From the NCBI RefSeq assembly GCF_022846255.1, contig NZ_AP025682.1: 64,000 nucleotides of DNA; one strand, written 5' to 3'. Source of the stretch: Escherichia coli. Its GTDB lineage: Bacteria; Pseudomonadota; Gammaproteobacteria; Enterobacterales; Enterobacteriaceae. A program made the position numbers and the translations under genes. This document shows positions 47,184 to 60,651 of this stretch, piece after piece; position 1 is the first letter of the stretch; each line of letters begins with the position of its first letter. The notes under the pieces were generated by a model, which searched no databases, had not been told where the DNA came from, and saw nothing but the letters and a program-made list of their open reading frames with translations.

Positions 47184-48824
47184 TTACGCGTTTTTCAGAA
47201 CTTCGCTAACAATCTCAACCGCTTCTTTCTCAATCTGCTTGCGATGTTCTTCCCCGAGGAAGCTTTCGCAGTAGATTTTGTATGCGTCTTCTGTGCCTGA
47301 CGGACGCGCGGCGAACCAGCCGTTGTCAGTCATCACTTTCAGACCGCCAATAGAAGCACCGTTGCCCGGAGCAGCAGTCAGGCGCGCGGTGATCGGGTCA
47401 CCTGCCAGGGTGCTGGCGCTCACCATTTCCGGAGACAGCTTAGACAGCGCCGCTTTTTGTGCGGAAGTCGCAGCTGCCTGCAAACGGTTGTAGCTCGGCG
47501 CACCAAAGCGTTTTGCCAGTTCGTTGTAGTGTTCCTGCGGGTTCTTACCGGTGACAGCGGTGATTTCCGCCGCCAGCAGACACATAATGATGCCGTCTTT
47601 GTCGGTGGACCACGGCGTGCCGTCGAAACGCAGGAAGGAAGCCCCTGCGCTCTCTTCGCCGCCAAAGCCGAAGCTGCCGTCGAACAAGCCATCAACAAAC
47701 CATTTGAAGCCTACCGGCACTTCCACCAGCCTGCGGCCCAAATCATTGACCACACGGTCGATCATCGCAGAAGAAACCAGCGTTTTACCAACGGCAACAT
47801 CTTTGCCCCACTGCGGACGATGCTGGAACAGGTAATTGATCGCCACCGCCAGGTAGTGGTTCGGATTCATCAAACCTGCCGGAGTGACGATACCGTGACG
47901 GTCATAATCCGGGTCGTTAGCAAACGCCAGATCGAACTTATCACGCAGTGCCAGCAGACCCGCCATCGCACACTCGGAGGAGCAGTCCATACGGATCGCG
48001 CCGTCTTTATCGAGGTGCATAAAGCGGAAGGTTTGATCGACCTGATCGTTAACGATGGTCAGGTTAAGGTTGTAATACTCGCCAATACGCTTCCAGTATT
48101 CGATACCGGAACCGCCCAGCGGATCAACGCCCAGCGTCAGGCCCGCTTTCTGAATCGCCGCCATATCAACGATATCGGCCAGACCTTCCACAAACGGCTG
48201 CACCAGATCCTGCTCTTTCACATGACCGGATGCCATCGCTTCGTCGAGGGAGATACGCTTCACGCCTTTCAGGCCATCGGCCAGCAGTGCGTTGGCACGA
48301 TCTTCCACCACTTTAGTGACGTTGGTATCAGCCGGGCCACCATTTGGCGGATTGTACTTGATACCACCATCTTCCGGCGGGTTATGGGACGGTGTAATCA
48401 CGATACCGTCTGCCAGTGGGCCACCTTTTTTATTGTGAACCAGGATGGCATTGGAAACGGCAGGCGTCGGAGTGAAGCCATTGTTTTCCTGCACAATAAC
48501 ATCAACGCCGTTCGCTGCCAGCACTTCCAGAACGGAAATGAACGCAGGTTCGGACAGGGCGTGAGTATCTTTACCCACATAGCAAGGGCCAGTGATGCCG
48601 TTTTTCGCACGTTCTTCAGCAATTGCCTGAGCGATCGCCAGAATATGCGGCTCGTTAAAGCTGTGGCGCGCTGCACTGCCACGGTGACCGGAAGTACCGA
48701 ATTTCACCGCGTGCTCCGCATTCCCTGCTTCTGGTTTCAGTACATAATATTGCGCCGTCAGTTGGGCGACGTTAATCAAATCACTCTGTTGTGCAGGTTG
48801 GCCTGCACGGTTGTGGATAGCCAT
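47184..48824 (-). CDS. pgm: Phosphoglucomutase
   Basis: Start at [16 protein letters not shown]; 546 aa. Confidence 0.95.
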   Translation of the reverse strand: MAIHNRAGQPAQQSDLINVAQLTAQYYVLKPEAGNAEHAVKFGTSGHRGSAARHSFNEPHILAIAQAIAEERAKNGITGPCYVGKDTHALSEPAFISVLEVLAANGVDVIVQENNGFTPTPAVSNAILVHNKKGGPLADGIVITPSHNPPEDGGIKYNPPNGGPADTNVTKVVEDRANALLADGLKGVKRISLDEAMASGHVKEQDLVQPFVEGLADIVDMAAIQKAGLTLGVDPLGGSGIEYWKRIGEYYNLNLTIVNDQVDQTFRFMHLDKDGAIRMDCSSECAMAGLLALRDKFDLAFANDPDYDRHGIVTPAGLMNPNHYLAVAINYLFQHRPQWGKDVAVGKTLVSSAMIDRVVNDLGRRLVEVPVGFKWFVDGLFDGSFGFGGEESAGASFLRFDGTPWSTDKDGIIMCLLAAEITAVTGKNPQEHYNELAKRFGAPSYNRLQAAATSAQKAALSKLSPEMVSASTLAGDPITARLTAAPGNGASIGGLKVMTDNGWFAARPSGTEDAYKIYCESFLGEEHRKQIEKEAVEIVSEVLKNA

Positions 48825-48849
48825 TGCTTTGTCCTTTGTCTGCAACGTT

Positions 48850-49395
48850 TTAGATAGTTCCGCAAACCTTCTCAATCAATTCCGCCGGGAATTGCATCGA
48901 CTGCATGATGTGTTCGATCATGCTGCATTTACGGCCGGTGTTGGTGTTGGTGATCACCCAATACGGCGTACCAGGCACATGTTTCGGCTTGGTCTGATTA
49001 CCATTTTTCAGCAGCGTTTGTTCATCTGCCGCAAAGTAAACGCGTGTACGACCGTGCAACGATTCCGTGGCCTCGGCAAACGCCTGGGCGTCAAGAGAAT
49101 ATAGTGTAGACAACAGCAGCATGAAGCGATTGACCGCTCGCTTTTGCTCTGCGTATTCATCCGAAAGCAAAAGTTCACGCATTGCGCGAACCTTGTCTTT
49201 AATCGTTTTGACCGGCTTCGCTTCGACGATAGCAGGTGACGCAACGCGAACCTCTTTCGTCACCGGAGCAGCAGGCTGTGATGCGGCGGAAAATTTCAAC
49301 ATACGCCGTAAAATGTCGGATGCGCTCTCGCCGATATGCTTAGTGTGGCTGGCAATATAGCTGTAGAGTTCATCATCAACTTCAATCGTTTTCAT
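48850..49395 (-). CDS. seqA: Replication initiation negative regulator SeqA
   Basis: Start at [35 protein letters not shown]; 181 aa. Confidence 0.95.
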
Positions 49396-49579
49396 CTTAA
49401 TCCAGTGCAGTGTCTTAGCTGAATACAAGTCGCCAGGAGTATATGAATAAATCCCGGCAGCGGATAGCGTCAAGCCTGGCTTGCAGAAAAACTCGGAATA
49501 AACCTTATTTGTTGCAGCCCTGTGGCACAATGGTCAACATAATACCCTAACCCGACAACGCGAAAAAAAGAACTTTGCC

Positions 49580-50344
49580 ATGAAATTGAATATCCGCGCG
49601 CAAACTGCACAAAACCAGCACAATAATTCTCCCATCGTTCTTGTCCATGGTCTGTTTGGTAGCCTCGACAACCTTGGCGTACTGGCTCGCGATCTGGTAA
49701 ACGATCACAATATCATCCAGGTTGATATGCGTAACCACGGTCTTTCACCGAGAGATCCGGTAATGAATTACCCGGCGATGGCGCAGGATCTTGTTGATAC
49801 CCTGGATGCACAGCAGATCGACAAAGCAACATTTATCGGTCACTCCATGGGCGGTAAAGCGGTAATGGCTCTTACTGCACTAGCCCCCGATCGCATTGAC
49901 AAGCTGGTGGCGATTGATATTGCGCCGGTCGACTATCACGTACGCCGTCATGATGAGATTTTCGCGGCCATCAACGCAGTCAGTGAATCAGACGCACAAA
50001 CACGCCAGCAAGCAGCGGCAATAATGCGCCAGCATCTTAATGAAGAAGGGGTGATTCAGTTTCTGTTGAAATCTTTTGTTGACGGGGAGTGGCGCTTTAA
50101 CGTGCCAGTATTGTGGGATCAGTATCCGCATATTGTGGGTTGGGAGAAAATCCCGGCATGGGATCATCCTACCCTGTTTATCCCTGGCGGCAATTCTCCG
50201 TATGTTAGCGAGCAGTACCGTGATGATTTACTGGCACAATTTCCACAGGCTCGGGCGCATGTGATTGCAGGCGCGGGTCACTGGGTCCATGCTGAAAAAC
50301 CGGATGCGGTATTACGCGCTATCCGTCGCTATCTCAATGATTAA
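49580..50344 (+). CDS. ybfF: Alpha/beta-hydrolase esterase YbfF
   Basis: 254-aa ORF with GHSMGG nucleophile-elbow motif. Confidence 0.9.
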   Translation: MKLNIRAQTAQNQHNNSPIVLVHGLFGSLDNLGVLARDLVNDHNIIQVDMRNHGLSPRDPVMNYPAMAQDLVDTLDAQQIDKATFIGHSMGGKAVMALTALAPDRIDKLVAIDIAPVDYHVRRHDEIFAAINAVSESDAQTRQQAAAIMRQHLNEEGVIQFLLKSFVDGEWRFNVPVLWDQYPHIVGWEKIPAWDHPTLFIPGGNSPYVSEQYRDDLLAQFPQARAHVIAGAGHWVHAEKPDAVLRAIRRYLND

Positions 50345-50347
50345 CGC

Positions 50348-50367
50348 AACTGATTAAAAACCCAGCG
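50348..50367 (+). promoter_or_regulatory. Putative LexA (SOS) box upstream of ybfE
   Basis: aaCTGattaaaaaccCAGcg has CTG-N10-CAG spacing; ybfE is remembered as SOS-regulated. Confidence 0.4.
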
Positions 50368-50483
50368 TCCGCGTCGCTTTCCGCGCGTGGACGTTGGCGT
50401 GACTCCTCACGCTGATGTATTATGGCGCGCTATCCATCCGGGCAGAGGCCTGGCTGATTGTTTCCCCCGAAGTCACCAAGATC

Positions 50484-50777
50484 ATGGCCAAAGAACAAAC
50501 GGACCGTACGACATTAGATCTGTTCGCGCACGAGCGTCGACCGGGACGACCGAAAACTAATCCGCTTTCGCGCGATGAACAGCTGCGTATTAATAAACGT
50601 AACCAACTAAAACGCGACAAAGTACGTGGCCTTAAGCGTGTCGAACTGAAGCTGAACGCGGAAGCTGTCGAGGCACTGAACGAGCTGGCGGAGTCGCGCA
50701 ATATGAGCCGTAGCGAACTGATCGAAGAGATGTTAATGCAGCAACTGGCGGCGCTGCGTAGTCAGGGCATCGTTTAA
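50484..50777 (+). CDS. ybfE: CopG-like DNA-binding protein YbfE
   Basis: Start trimmed to [24 protein letters not shown]; 97 aa. Confidence 0.8.
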   Translation: MAKEQTDRTTLDLFAHERRPGRPKTNPLSRDEQLRINKRNQLKRDKVRGLKRVELKLNAEAVEALNELAESRNMSRSELIEEMLMQQLAALRSQGIV

Positions 50778-50916
50778 ATTTCCACTTTCATGTAGCACAG
50801 TGTGCAGTCCTGCTCGTTTGCTGATTCCGCAAGACTGCCTGTTCTGCTATGATTGCCTTTATCCGTGGGCAATTTTCCACCCCCATTTCAATAAGTTTCA
50901 AGAGGTTATTTCACTC

Positions 50917-51447
50917 ATGGCTATCACTGGCATCTTTTTCGGCAGCGACACCGGTAATACCGAAAATATCGCAAAAATGATTCAAAAACAGCTTGGTAAA
51001 GACGTTGCCGATGTCCATGACATTGCAAAAAGCAGCAAAGAAGATCTGGAAGCTTATGACATTCTGCTGCTGGGCATCCCAACCTGGTATTACGGCGAAG
51101 CGCAGTGTGACTGGGATGACTTCTTCCCGACTCTCGAAGAGATTGATTTTAATGGTAAACTGGTTGCGCTGTTTGGTTGTGGCGACCAGGAAGATTACGC
51201 AGAATACTTCTGCGATGCATTGGGCACCATCCGCGACATCATTGAACCGCGCGGCGCAACTATCGTTGGTCACTGGTCAACTGCGGGCTACCACTTCGAA
51301 GCGTCAAAAGGTCTGGCTGATGATGACCACTTTGTCGGTCTGGCTATCGACGAAGATCGTCAGCCGGAACTGACCGCTGAACGTGTAGAAAAATGGGTTA
51401 AACAAATTTCTGAAGAGCTGCATCTCGACGAAATTCTCAATGCCTGA
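50917..51447 (+). CDS. fldA: Flavodoxin 1
   Basis: Start at [20 protein letters not shown]; 176 aa. Confidence 0.95.
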   Translation: MAITGIFFGSDTGNTENIAKMIQKQLGKDVADVHDIAKSSKEDLEAYDILLLGIPTWYYGEAQCDWDDFFPTLEEIDFNGKLVALFGCGDQEDYAEYFCDALGTIRDIIEPRGATIVGHWSTAGYHFEASKGLADDDHFVGLAIDEDRQPELTAERVEKWVKQISEELHLDEILNA

Positions 51448-51652
51448 TGTGATGCGGCGTAGACTCATGTCTACGCCGTATTAATAGATAATGCCAATCA
51501 AAATAATTGCTACAAATTTGTAACTTTTGCTGTTGTACCTGTACAATGTCCCGGTGTTCAAGTGGCCTTGCCGTTGTAAATGTAAGCTGTGCCACGTTTT
51601 TATTAACAATATTTGCCAGGGACTTGTGGTTTTCATTTAGGCGTGGCAATTC

Positions 51653-51671
51653 TATAATGATACGCATTATC
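51653..51671 (+). promoter_or_regulatory. Fur box (autoregulation of uof-fur)
   Basis: tataatgatacgcattatc closely matches Fur consensus GATAATGATAATCATTATC. Confidence 0.65.
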
Positions 51672-51743
51672 TCAAGAGCAAATTCTGTCACTTCTTCTAA
51701 TGAAGTGAACCGCTTAGTAACAGGACAGATTCCGCATGACTGA
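51657..51743 (+). CDS. uof: Upstream-of-fur leader peptide Uof (28 aa), translationally coupled to fur
   Basis: Internal Met of track ORF 51507..51743: MIRIISRANSVTSSNEVNRLVTGQIPHD; overlaps fur start. Confidence 0.75.
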   Translation: MIRIISRANSVTSSNEVNRLVTGQIPHD

Positions 51744-52182
51744 TAACAATACCGCCCTAAAGAAAGCTGGCCTGAAAGTAACGCTTCCTCGTTTAAAAAT
51801 CCTGGAAGTTCTTCAGGAACCGGACAACCATCACGTCAGTGCGGAAGATTTATACAAACGTCTGATCGATATGGGTGAAGAAATTGGTCTGGCTACGGTA
51901 TATCGCGTACTGAACCAGTTTGACGACGCTGGTATCGTCACCCGCCACAATTTTGAAGGCGGTAAATCCGTATTTGAACTGACACAGCAACATCACCACG
52001 ATCACCTGATCTGCCTCGACTGCGGCAAGGTAATCGAATTTAGTGATGATTCCATCGAAGCGCGTCAGCGTGAAATTGCCGCAAAACATGGCATTCGCCT
52101 GACTAACCACAGTCTCTATCTTTACGGTCACTGTGCCGAAGGCGATTGCCGCGAAGATGAGCACGCGCACGAAGGCAAATAA
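51736..52182 (+). CDS. fur: Ferric uptake regulator
   Basis: 148-aa ORF, MTDNNTALKKAGLKVTLPRLKILEVL. Confidence 0.95.
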   Translation: MTDNNTALKKAGLKVTLPRLKILEVLQEPDNHHVSAEDLYKRLIDMGEEIGLATVYRVLNQFDDAGIVTRHNFEGGKSVFELTQQHHHDHLICLDCGKVIEFSDDSIEARQREIAAKHGIRLTNHSLYLYGHCAEGDCREDEHAHEGK

Positions 52183-52197
52183 GCCAGCCTGAACGAG

Positions 52198-52227
52198 AAA
52201 AGCCAACCTGCGGGTTGGCTTTTTTAT
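52198..52227. terminator. Bidirectional terminator between convergent fur and chiQ
   Basis: aaaagccaacc-tgcg-ggttggctttttt. Confidence 0.6.
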
Positions 52228-52265
52228 GCAAGGGAAATAAGAAAAGCGAGAGTTACAGCTCTCAC

Positions 52266-52592
52266 TTATTTGTTATTACTGCGAATTTCCTGCCAGACCT
52301 TATCACAATCGGCTTTCACCGCCTGATCATTTCCGGTTTGCGTTGCGCGCAGACACTGCTGATAATCCAGTACGCGGACACTTTCCTGGTCGGCAAACTG
52401 CTGATGTTGTTTCTCTTTCTTCAGCACGTTTAACACGCTCTGGCAGGCTTCAATTTTTTCTGGCGAACCTTGTGCGGTGTTGATACAGGCGCTGTATGCC
52501 TCTTTCAGACGACTGTCTTCCTGTGGCGCGGTTGATTGCACACAAGCTATCAGCCCCGATGCCATTATGGCGATGAGAATCAGTTTTTTCAT
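52266..52592 (-). CDS. chiQ: Lipoprotein ChiQ (YbfN)
   Basis: 108-aa ORF with lipobox LIAC. Confidence 0.85.
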   Translation of the reverse strand: MKKLILIAIMASGLIACVQSTAPQEDSRLKEAYSACINTAQGSPEKIEACQSVLNVLKKEKQHQQFADQESVRVLDYQQCLRATQTGNDQAVKADCDKVWQEIRSNNK

Positions 52593-52641
52593 AGCAAATT
52601 CCTCAAACGTGCGGCAGGCACAAAACCTGCCGCGTCGGGCA

Positions 52642-54048
52642 TCAGAAGATGGTGAATGGTGCGATTACCATAAATTTCACGTCACGCTCATCCTGGAAGA
52701 TGTTGCCGTAACCACCGCCCCAGCTTGGGATGTCGGAGTGGTTGTCGTATTCGGTGAAGTGCAGTTTGAACATCGTGCCTTTGGCGCGACCGTCCTGAAT
52801 GGTGTACACCGCATCCAGGCTGTAGGCAGACTCTTCAATAGTCCGGTTTTTATCGTAGTACGCATCCGGATTGCTCTGCCAGGTAGCGGGTTTAGCATCC
52901 CATGCGTAAACGTAGGAAGCGCCGATGGCGAAGCCTGGAAGATTCCAGTTTTTCAGGTCATACATCGCACCGAAGAAGACCGCTTTTTCGCCGTTAGCGT
53001 TGAAGTCGGAACGGTTATCCCACCAGATATCCAGGCGGCCGTTGGAGGAAGCGTAGGTTGGAGTCATACGTTGCAGGAAGTATCCCTGCTGACCGTCAGC
53101 CTTAACCCAGGTACCTTCGAGGCGCAAATCCACTACGTCAGCCGCCCGGTAACCAAAGGTCAACGCCTGCAGCCAGGCGGTGCCGTCATAAAGATCGTTG
53201 ACGCTGCGATCGTCAACTTTATCGCGCGTACCGTAGAACTGGTAGCTGGTGGTTAACGGGCTACCGGCGATATCAAATTTGTAGCTGGCTTTGGCAAAGT
53301 ATTGATCGATATACCCTTCCGCCTGACCAAACGCTGCTTCCAGTACAAAGTTATTTTTGAAGTCGTACTTCGCACCGATGGAGTGCAGATAATCAACTTT
53401 GGTGGTTTTATCGTTCTGATAAAACTCATCCATTTCCAGATGCCACGGTGCTTTGTATTCGTTGGTCCACATGTAGGAGAAACTCAACGCACCAGCATCG
53501 CCGTAATCAAAATTCGCCCCGGCCTCCGCCCCCTGATAAGTACCCGGCATAAAGCTCCAGTGTGGCGCTAACAGCGTCTGACCGGTTGGCTGAATATAAC
53601 CTGCCCTCGCCCATACCGGACCGTATTTAAATTTGGCCGCTGCTTTATACAGGCTTATACCGCTTTTATCGCCGGACCAGTCTTCGTCATAGGCTTTATT
53701 ACTTTTTGAAAACGCGATTTCGTTCGGGTGAGAGCTGTCGCCGTTTTCTGCCATTTCAATCGCTGTAAACGCGGCAATATCCAGACCGAACATATCAGCG
53801 GCATAGCCAGACTGAAAATCGAGATTAGCGTTCCAGGTGGAGTGAGAAAGGTTGGTTTTATATTTGTCGCCGTCGGTAACATCTTTACGGTCACGTTCAC
53901 GCTGCCAGTAATAGATACCGCCGGTTAAGGTTGAATCTTCGAAGAATCCTTCGGCGCGAGCCTCTGGCATTGCCACAAAGCCCGACATTGCTGTAACACC
54001 GGCGATAGCCAGCGCCAGCGTACTACGTTTGCCACTAAACGCACGCAT
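52642..54048 (-). CDS. chiP: Chitoporin ChiP (YbfM), OprD-family outer-membrane porin
   Basis: 468-aa ORF, signal peptide, C-terminal F. Confidence 0.9.
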   Translation of the reverse strand: MRAFSGKRSTLALAIAGVTAMSGFVAMPEARAEGFFEDSTLTGGIYYWQRERDRKDVTDGDKYKTNLSHSTWNANLDFQSGYAADMFGLDIAAFTAIEMAENGDSSHPNEIAFSKSNKAYDEDWSGDKSGISLYKAAAKFKYGPVWARAGYIQPTGQTLLAPHWSFMPGTYQGAEAGANFDYGDAGALSFSYMWTNEYKAPWHLEMDEFYQNDKTTKVDYLHSIGAKYDFKNNFVLEAAFGQAEGYIDQYFAKASYKFDIAGSPLTTSYQFYGTRDKVDDRSVNDLYDGTAWLQALTFGYRAADVVDLRLEGTWVKADGQQGYFLQRMTPTYASSNGRLDIWWDNRSDFNANGEKAVFFGAMYDLKNWNLPGFAIGASYVYAWDAKPATWQSNPDAYYDKNRTIEESAYSLDAVYTIQDGRAKGTMFKLHFTEYDNHSDIPSWGGGYGNIFQDERDVKFMVIAPFTIF

Positions 54049-54399
54049 GGGTTAATCCTCTTTGACGTATAAATTGCTGCACCAAAGGTGAACAGCGAAA
54101 AAAATAAAAATTAAAAAAGTAGCGTTGAGAAAAGTCTCGCTGACTACAGGAACAGACTATTTTTCGCGACGCGAATTATCAATCTCTTTCTGTAACCAGA
54201 ATGTAAGAACATGAGCAACCGCACATATTTTGATGATTTTTGTTACAAGGCTTAAGTTGTAGTTGAAAGGTGTGTTGAAGAAAAAATGCGTGAATTTCCA
54301 GCAAGATGAAAGCGGTTACATTTTATTTAATTATGATTTGTAATTTTAAATTTGCTTTATGAATAAATTACGAAGCGGAATTAATTCGCGAAGAAAAGC

Positions 54400-54428
54400 A
54401 GAAAAAAAACGCCGCGGAGCGCGGCGTT
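54400..54428 (-). terminator. Rho-independent terminator of glnS
   Basis: cgccgcg-gag-cgcggcg hairpin with U-run on minus strand. Confidence 0.6.
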
Positions 54429-54488
54429 TGGGTTTGTTTGCTATTTTTTGCCGGATGCGGCGTGAACGCTCTATCCGACAACGTAAAC

Positions 54489-56153
54489 TTACTCGCCTAC
54501 TTTCGCCCAGGTATCACGCAACCCAACGGTGCGGTTAAATACCGGTTTTTCCGCCGTAGAATGGCGGCTGTCGAGACAGAAGTAACCTTCACGCTCAAAC
54601 TGGAATGCTTTACCCGCTACCGCATCTTTCAGCGACGGTTCAGCAAAGCCCTGTTTGATCACCAGCGATTCCGGGTTAATCACCGACAGGAAATCATCCG
54701 CAGCACCTGGGTTCGGCACGCTGAACAGACGATCGTACAGGCGGATTTCAACCGGCAGCGCATGTGCCGCGCTCACCCAGTGAATAACGCCTTTCACTTT
54801 ACGACCATCTGCCGGATCTTTGCTTAAGGTGTCGGCGTCATAAGTACAGAAGATGGTGGTGATATTGCCTTCGGCATCTTTCTCCACGCGTTCTGCCTTA
54901 ATGACGTAAGCATTACGCAGACGCACTTCTTTACCCAGCACCAGACGTTTGTACTGCTTGTTAGCTTCTTCGCGGAAATCGGCGCGATCGATCCAAATCT
55001 CACCGCTAAACGGCACCTGACGGCTGCCCATTTCCGGTTTATTCGGATGGTTCGGCATGGTAACCATTTCGCCTTCGCCCTGGTAGTTTTCGATAACCAG
55101 TTTCACCGGATCGATAACCGCCATTGCGCGCGGGGCGTTTTCGTTGAGATCTTCACGGATGCAGGATTCCAGCGACGCCATTTCAATGGTGTTGTCCTGC
55201 TTGGTCACGCCGATGCGTTTGCAGAACTCACGAATAGAAGCAGCAGTGTAACCACGACGACGCAGACCGGAAATGGTCGGCATACGCGGGTCATCCCAGC
55301 CTTCAACGTGCTTGTCGGTCACCAGCAGGTTCAGCTTACGCTTGGACATCACAGTGTATTCCAGATTCAGGCGCGAGAATTCGTACTGGCGCGGGTGAAC
55401 AGGAATGGTGATATTGTCCAGTACCCAGTCATACAGACGACGGTTATCCTGGAACTCCAGCGTACACAGAGAGTGCGTAATACCTTCCAGCGCATCGCTG
55501 ATGCAGTGGGTGAAGTCGTACATCGGGTAGATGCACCACTTGTTGCCAGTCTGGTGGTGTTCAGCAAATTTAATGCGGTACAGCACCGGATCGCGCATTA
55601 CGATAAATGGCGACGCCATGTCGATTTTCGCACGCAGGCAGGCTTTACCTTCTTCAAAACCACCGGTACGCATTTTTTCGAACAGCGCCAGGTTCTCTTC
55701 AACGCTGCGGTCGCGGTACGGGCTGTTTTTACCCGGCTGCGTCAGGGTGCCGCGATATTCGCGGATCTGTTCCGGTGTCAGTTCATCAACGTACGCCAGG
55801 CCTTTATTGATCAGTTCGATCGCATAGGCGTGGAGCTGATCAAAATAATCGGAGGAGTAACGGACGTTACCAGACCAGTGAAAACCTAACCACTCAACGT
55901 CGTTTTTGATCGACTCAACATACTCGATATCTTCTTTTACCGGGTTAGTGTCGTCGAAACGCAGGTTGCACTGGCCTTTATAGTCCTGGGCGATCCCGAA
56001 GTTCAGGCAGATAGATTTCGCATGGCCAATATGCAGATAGCCATTCGGCTCCGGCGGGAAACGGGTGTGTACTGTGGTGTGCTTACCACTGGCCAGATCT
56101 TCATCGATGATCTGACGAATAAAGTTAGTCGGGCGGGCTTCTGCCTCACTCAT
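54489..56153 (-). CDS. glnS: Glutaminyl-tRNA synthetase
   Basis: 554-aa ORF with HIGH motif (HIGH at [14 protein letters not shown]) and VMSKR. Confidence 0.95.
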   Translation of the reverse strand: MSEAEARPTNFIRQIIDEDLASGKHTTVHTRFPPEPNGYLHIGHAKSICLNFGIAQDYKGQCNLRFDDTNPVKEDIEYVESIKNDVEWLGFHWSGNVRYSSDYFDQLHAYAIELINKGLAYVDELTPEQIREYRGTLTQPGKNSPYRDRSVEENLALFEKMRTGGFEEGKACLRAKIDMASPFIVMRDPVLYRIKFAEHHQTGNKWCIYPMYDFTHCISDALEGITHSLCTLEFQDNRRLYDWVLDNITIPVHPRQYEFSRLNLEYTVMSKRKLNLLVTDKHVEGWDDPRMPTISGLRRRGYTAASIREFCKRIGVTKQDNTIEMASLESCIREDLNENAPRAMAVIDPVKLVIENYQGEGEMVTMPNHPNKPEMGSRQVPFSGEIWIDRADFREEANKQYKRLVLGKEVRLRNAYVIKAERVEKDAEGNITTIFCTYDADTLSKDPADGRKVKGVIHWVSAAHALPVEIRLYDRLFSVPNPGAADDFLSVINPESLVIKQGFAEPSLKDAVAGKAFQFEREGYFCLDSRHSTAEKPVFNRTVGLRDTWAKVGE

Positions 56154-56317
56154 CGTGGATTCCTCAAAGCGTAAACAACGTATAACGGCGTATGATCTTA
56201 TAAGCGGGACAGGCTGACAACTGTTAGTTAGTGAAAATCGAAAATCTCACTGAGATTATGGGGATGATTGATGAAAAAAAAAGCGGCAGAGAAGATCTCC
56301 ACCGCTTGTCATTGTTG

Positions 56318-56346
56318 GATGCGACGCTCAAGCGTCGCATCAGGCA
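56318..56346. repeat. REP-like palindrome in glnS-nagE spacer
   Basis: gatgcgacgctcaagcgtcgcatcaggc. Confidence 0.55.
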
Positions 56347-56355
56347 TAAAGAAGA

Positions 56356-58302
56356 TTACTTTTTGATTTCATACAGCGGCGTTTGACCCGCAACGACATG
56401 GCCCTGAGCTTTAATGATCAAGCCGCTGAAATCGTCGATATTGCTGCAAACCACCGGGCTAATCATCGAGCGGGCGTTTTCGTTCAGATAATCCAGATCC
56501 ATTTCCAGAATCGGTTGCCCTGCGCTTACTTGCGCGCCCTCTTCCACCAGACGTTTAAAGCCTTTACCTTCCAGCGCTACGGTGTCGATACCCATATGGA
56601 CGACAATCTCCGCGCCTTTTTCAGTTTCCAGGCAGAATGCGTGGTTGGTGTTGAAGATTTTCACGATAGTCCCTGCGGCTGGTGATACGACGATTTTATC
56701 TGTCGGTTTCACCGCCACACCGTCACCCACCGCTTTGCTGGCGAATGCTTCGTCAGGAACCTGATCCAGTGCCACAACATCACCGGTAATCGGCGATACC
56801 AGCTCCGCGATAGATACTGCGTTTGGTACAGCCTGCGGTTTTGCTACAGGCGCGGCAGTTGCCGGAGCAGTTTCAGCAGAGGCAGCGGCTACCGGACCGC
56901 GGGCAACGACTTTCTTCATCGCATCGCCGATGGATTCTGCTTTCGCGCCAACAATCACCTGAATAGTCTGTTTGTTCAGTTTCACTACCCCAGAAGCACC
57001 CAGACGTTTACACATCGTATCGTTAACGCGGGCAGAGTCAGCCACTGTAAGGCGCAGACGGGTGATACAGGCGTCAATTGCTTTCAGGTTGTCAGTGCCG
57101 CCAACCGCAGCAATATAGTTGGTTGCCAGTTGATTGAGACCTTCTTCAGTATTGCTGTTAGCCTCTTCAGTAACGATCTCGTCTTCTTTATCTTCACGAC
57201 CCGGCGTTTTCAGGTTGAACATGCGGATAACCAAACTGAACACCACGAAGTAGATAGCGAAGAAGACAACCCCCATCACCAGCAGCATCCAGACGTTCTG
57301 GCTGGCGGCCGGCAGGTTATACATCAACGCGTAGTCGATAGCCCCCGCAGAGAAAGAGAAGCCGGCATGGATACCCAGCAGCGTTGCCACAAACAGGCTG
57401 ATACCGGTCAGCAGTGCGTGCAGGAGGTACAGCAGCGGTGCAAGGAACATGAACAGGAATTCCAGCGGCTCAGTCACACCGGTCAGGAACGCAGTAACAG
57501 CAACAGAAAGCAGCATCCCGCCAACCATCGGACGACGCTCTTTCGGTGCTGCGAAGTACATCGCCAGCGCCGCACCCGGCAGACCGAACATCATAATCGG
57601 GAAGAAGCCGGACATGAACATCCCCGCGGTGCCGTCACCGGCATAGAAGCGGTTGATATCACCGTGGAAAACCGTTCCCGCCGCGTTGGTGAATTCACCA
57701 ATCTGGAACCAGGCGATGGTGTTCAGCACCTGATGCAGACCAGTTGGGATCAGCAGACGGTTGATGAAACCAAAGATACCGGAACCCAGCGCGCCCGCAG
57801 AAACGATCCACTCGCCGCCTGCATGGATAGCGTGCTGTACCGGTGGCCAGACGTAACCAAAAATGGCCGCCAGCACCAGACAGAAGAAGCCGGTGGCGAT
57901 CGGCACAAAGCGTTTGCCGCCGAAGAAGCTCAGGAAGTCCGGCAGTTTAATATCGGACCAACGGTTATAGGCTGCGCCACCAACCAGACCGGTAATGATA
58001 CCCGCCAGTACACCCATGTTAATTTCTGGGTTGATGGTCACCATCGCTTTGGTTAACACAAAGTAACCTACCGCACCCGCCAGTGCCGCCGCACCTGCGC
58101 TGTCTTTCGACCAGCTGGATGCCACGCCGATGGCGAAGATTAATGCGAGGTTATCAAAAATCGCACCGCCCGCCTGGGCAATAAACGCAACGTTAAGTAA
58201 ATCTGGCTGACCGAATCGCAGCAACAGCGCCGCCACCGGCAGCACCGCGATAGGGAGCTGTAACGCCCTACCGAGTCGCTGGAAAAAACCTAAAATATTC
58301 AT
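56356..58302 (-). CDS. nagE: PTS N-acetylglucosamine-specific EIICBA
   Basis: 648-aa ORF. Confidence 0.95.
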   Translation of the reverse strand: MNILGFFQRLGRALQLPIAVLPVAALLLRFGQPDLLNVAFIAQAGGAIFDNLALIFAIGVASSWSKDSAGAAALAGAVGYFVLTKAMVTINPEINMGVLAGIITGLVGGAAYNRWSDIKLPDFLSFFGGKRFVPIATGFFCLVLAAIFGYVWPPVQHAIHAGGEWIVSAGALGSGIFGFINRLLIPTGLHQVLNTIAWFQIGEFTNAAGTVFHGDINRFYAGDGTAGMFMSGFFPIMMFGLPGAALAMYFAAPKERRPMVGGMLLSVAVTAFLTGVTEPLEFLFMFLAPLLYLLHALLTGISLFVATLLGIHAGFSFSAGAIDYALMYNLPAASQNVWMLLVMGVVFFAIYFVVFSLVIRMFNLKTPGREDKEDEIVTEEANSNTEEGLNQLATNYIAAVGGTDNLKAIDACITRLRLTVADSARVNDTMCKRLGASGVVKLNKQTIQVIVGAKAESIGDAMKKVVARGPVAAASAETAPATAAPVAKPQAVPNAVSIAELVSPITGDVVALDQVPDEAFASKAVGDGVAVKPTDKIVVSPAAGTIVKIFNTNHAFCLETEKGAEIVVHMGIDTVALEGKGFKRLVEEGAQVSAGQPILEMDLDYLNENARSMISPVVCSNIDDFSGLIIKAQGHVVAGQTPLYEIKK

Positions 58303-58634
58303 CTTATTCCCCCTACGAGAACCCTATTTGGCTCGTTTAAAGCCGTATTTTTATTTTGCTGCAAATTGTACTGCCGATGTTCTGTAATCAGATTGTTAGA
58401 TCATCTGCTACAGAGTGTGTGAAAATTTAATTCGTATCGCAAATTAAACGCGTGTCTTTTGTGAGTTTTGTCACCAAATATCGTTATCATCACTCCCTTT
58501 TACTGGCTAAACCAGAAAACTTATTTTATCATTCAAAAAATCAGGTCGGATTGACGCCTGTCTGCGCAAATCCAGGTTACGCTTAAAGATGCCTAATCCG
58601 CCAACGGCTTACATTTTACTTATTGAGGTGAATA
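58303..58634. promoter_or_regulatory. Divergent nagE / nagBACD promoter region
   Basis: AT-rich spacer between divergent nag operons; individual NagC/CRP operators not pinpointed. Confidence 0.5.
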
Positions 58635-60643
<2,009 letters not shown>

Positions 60644-60651
60644 GAGAAAGT

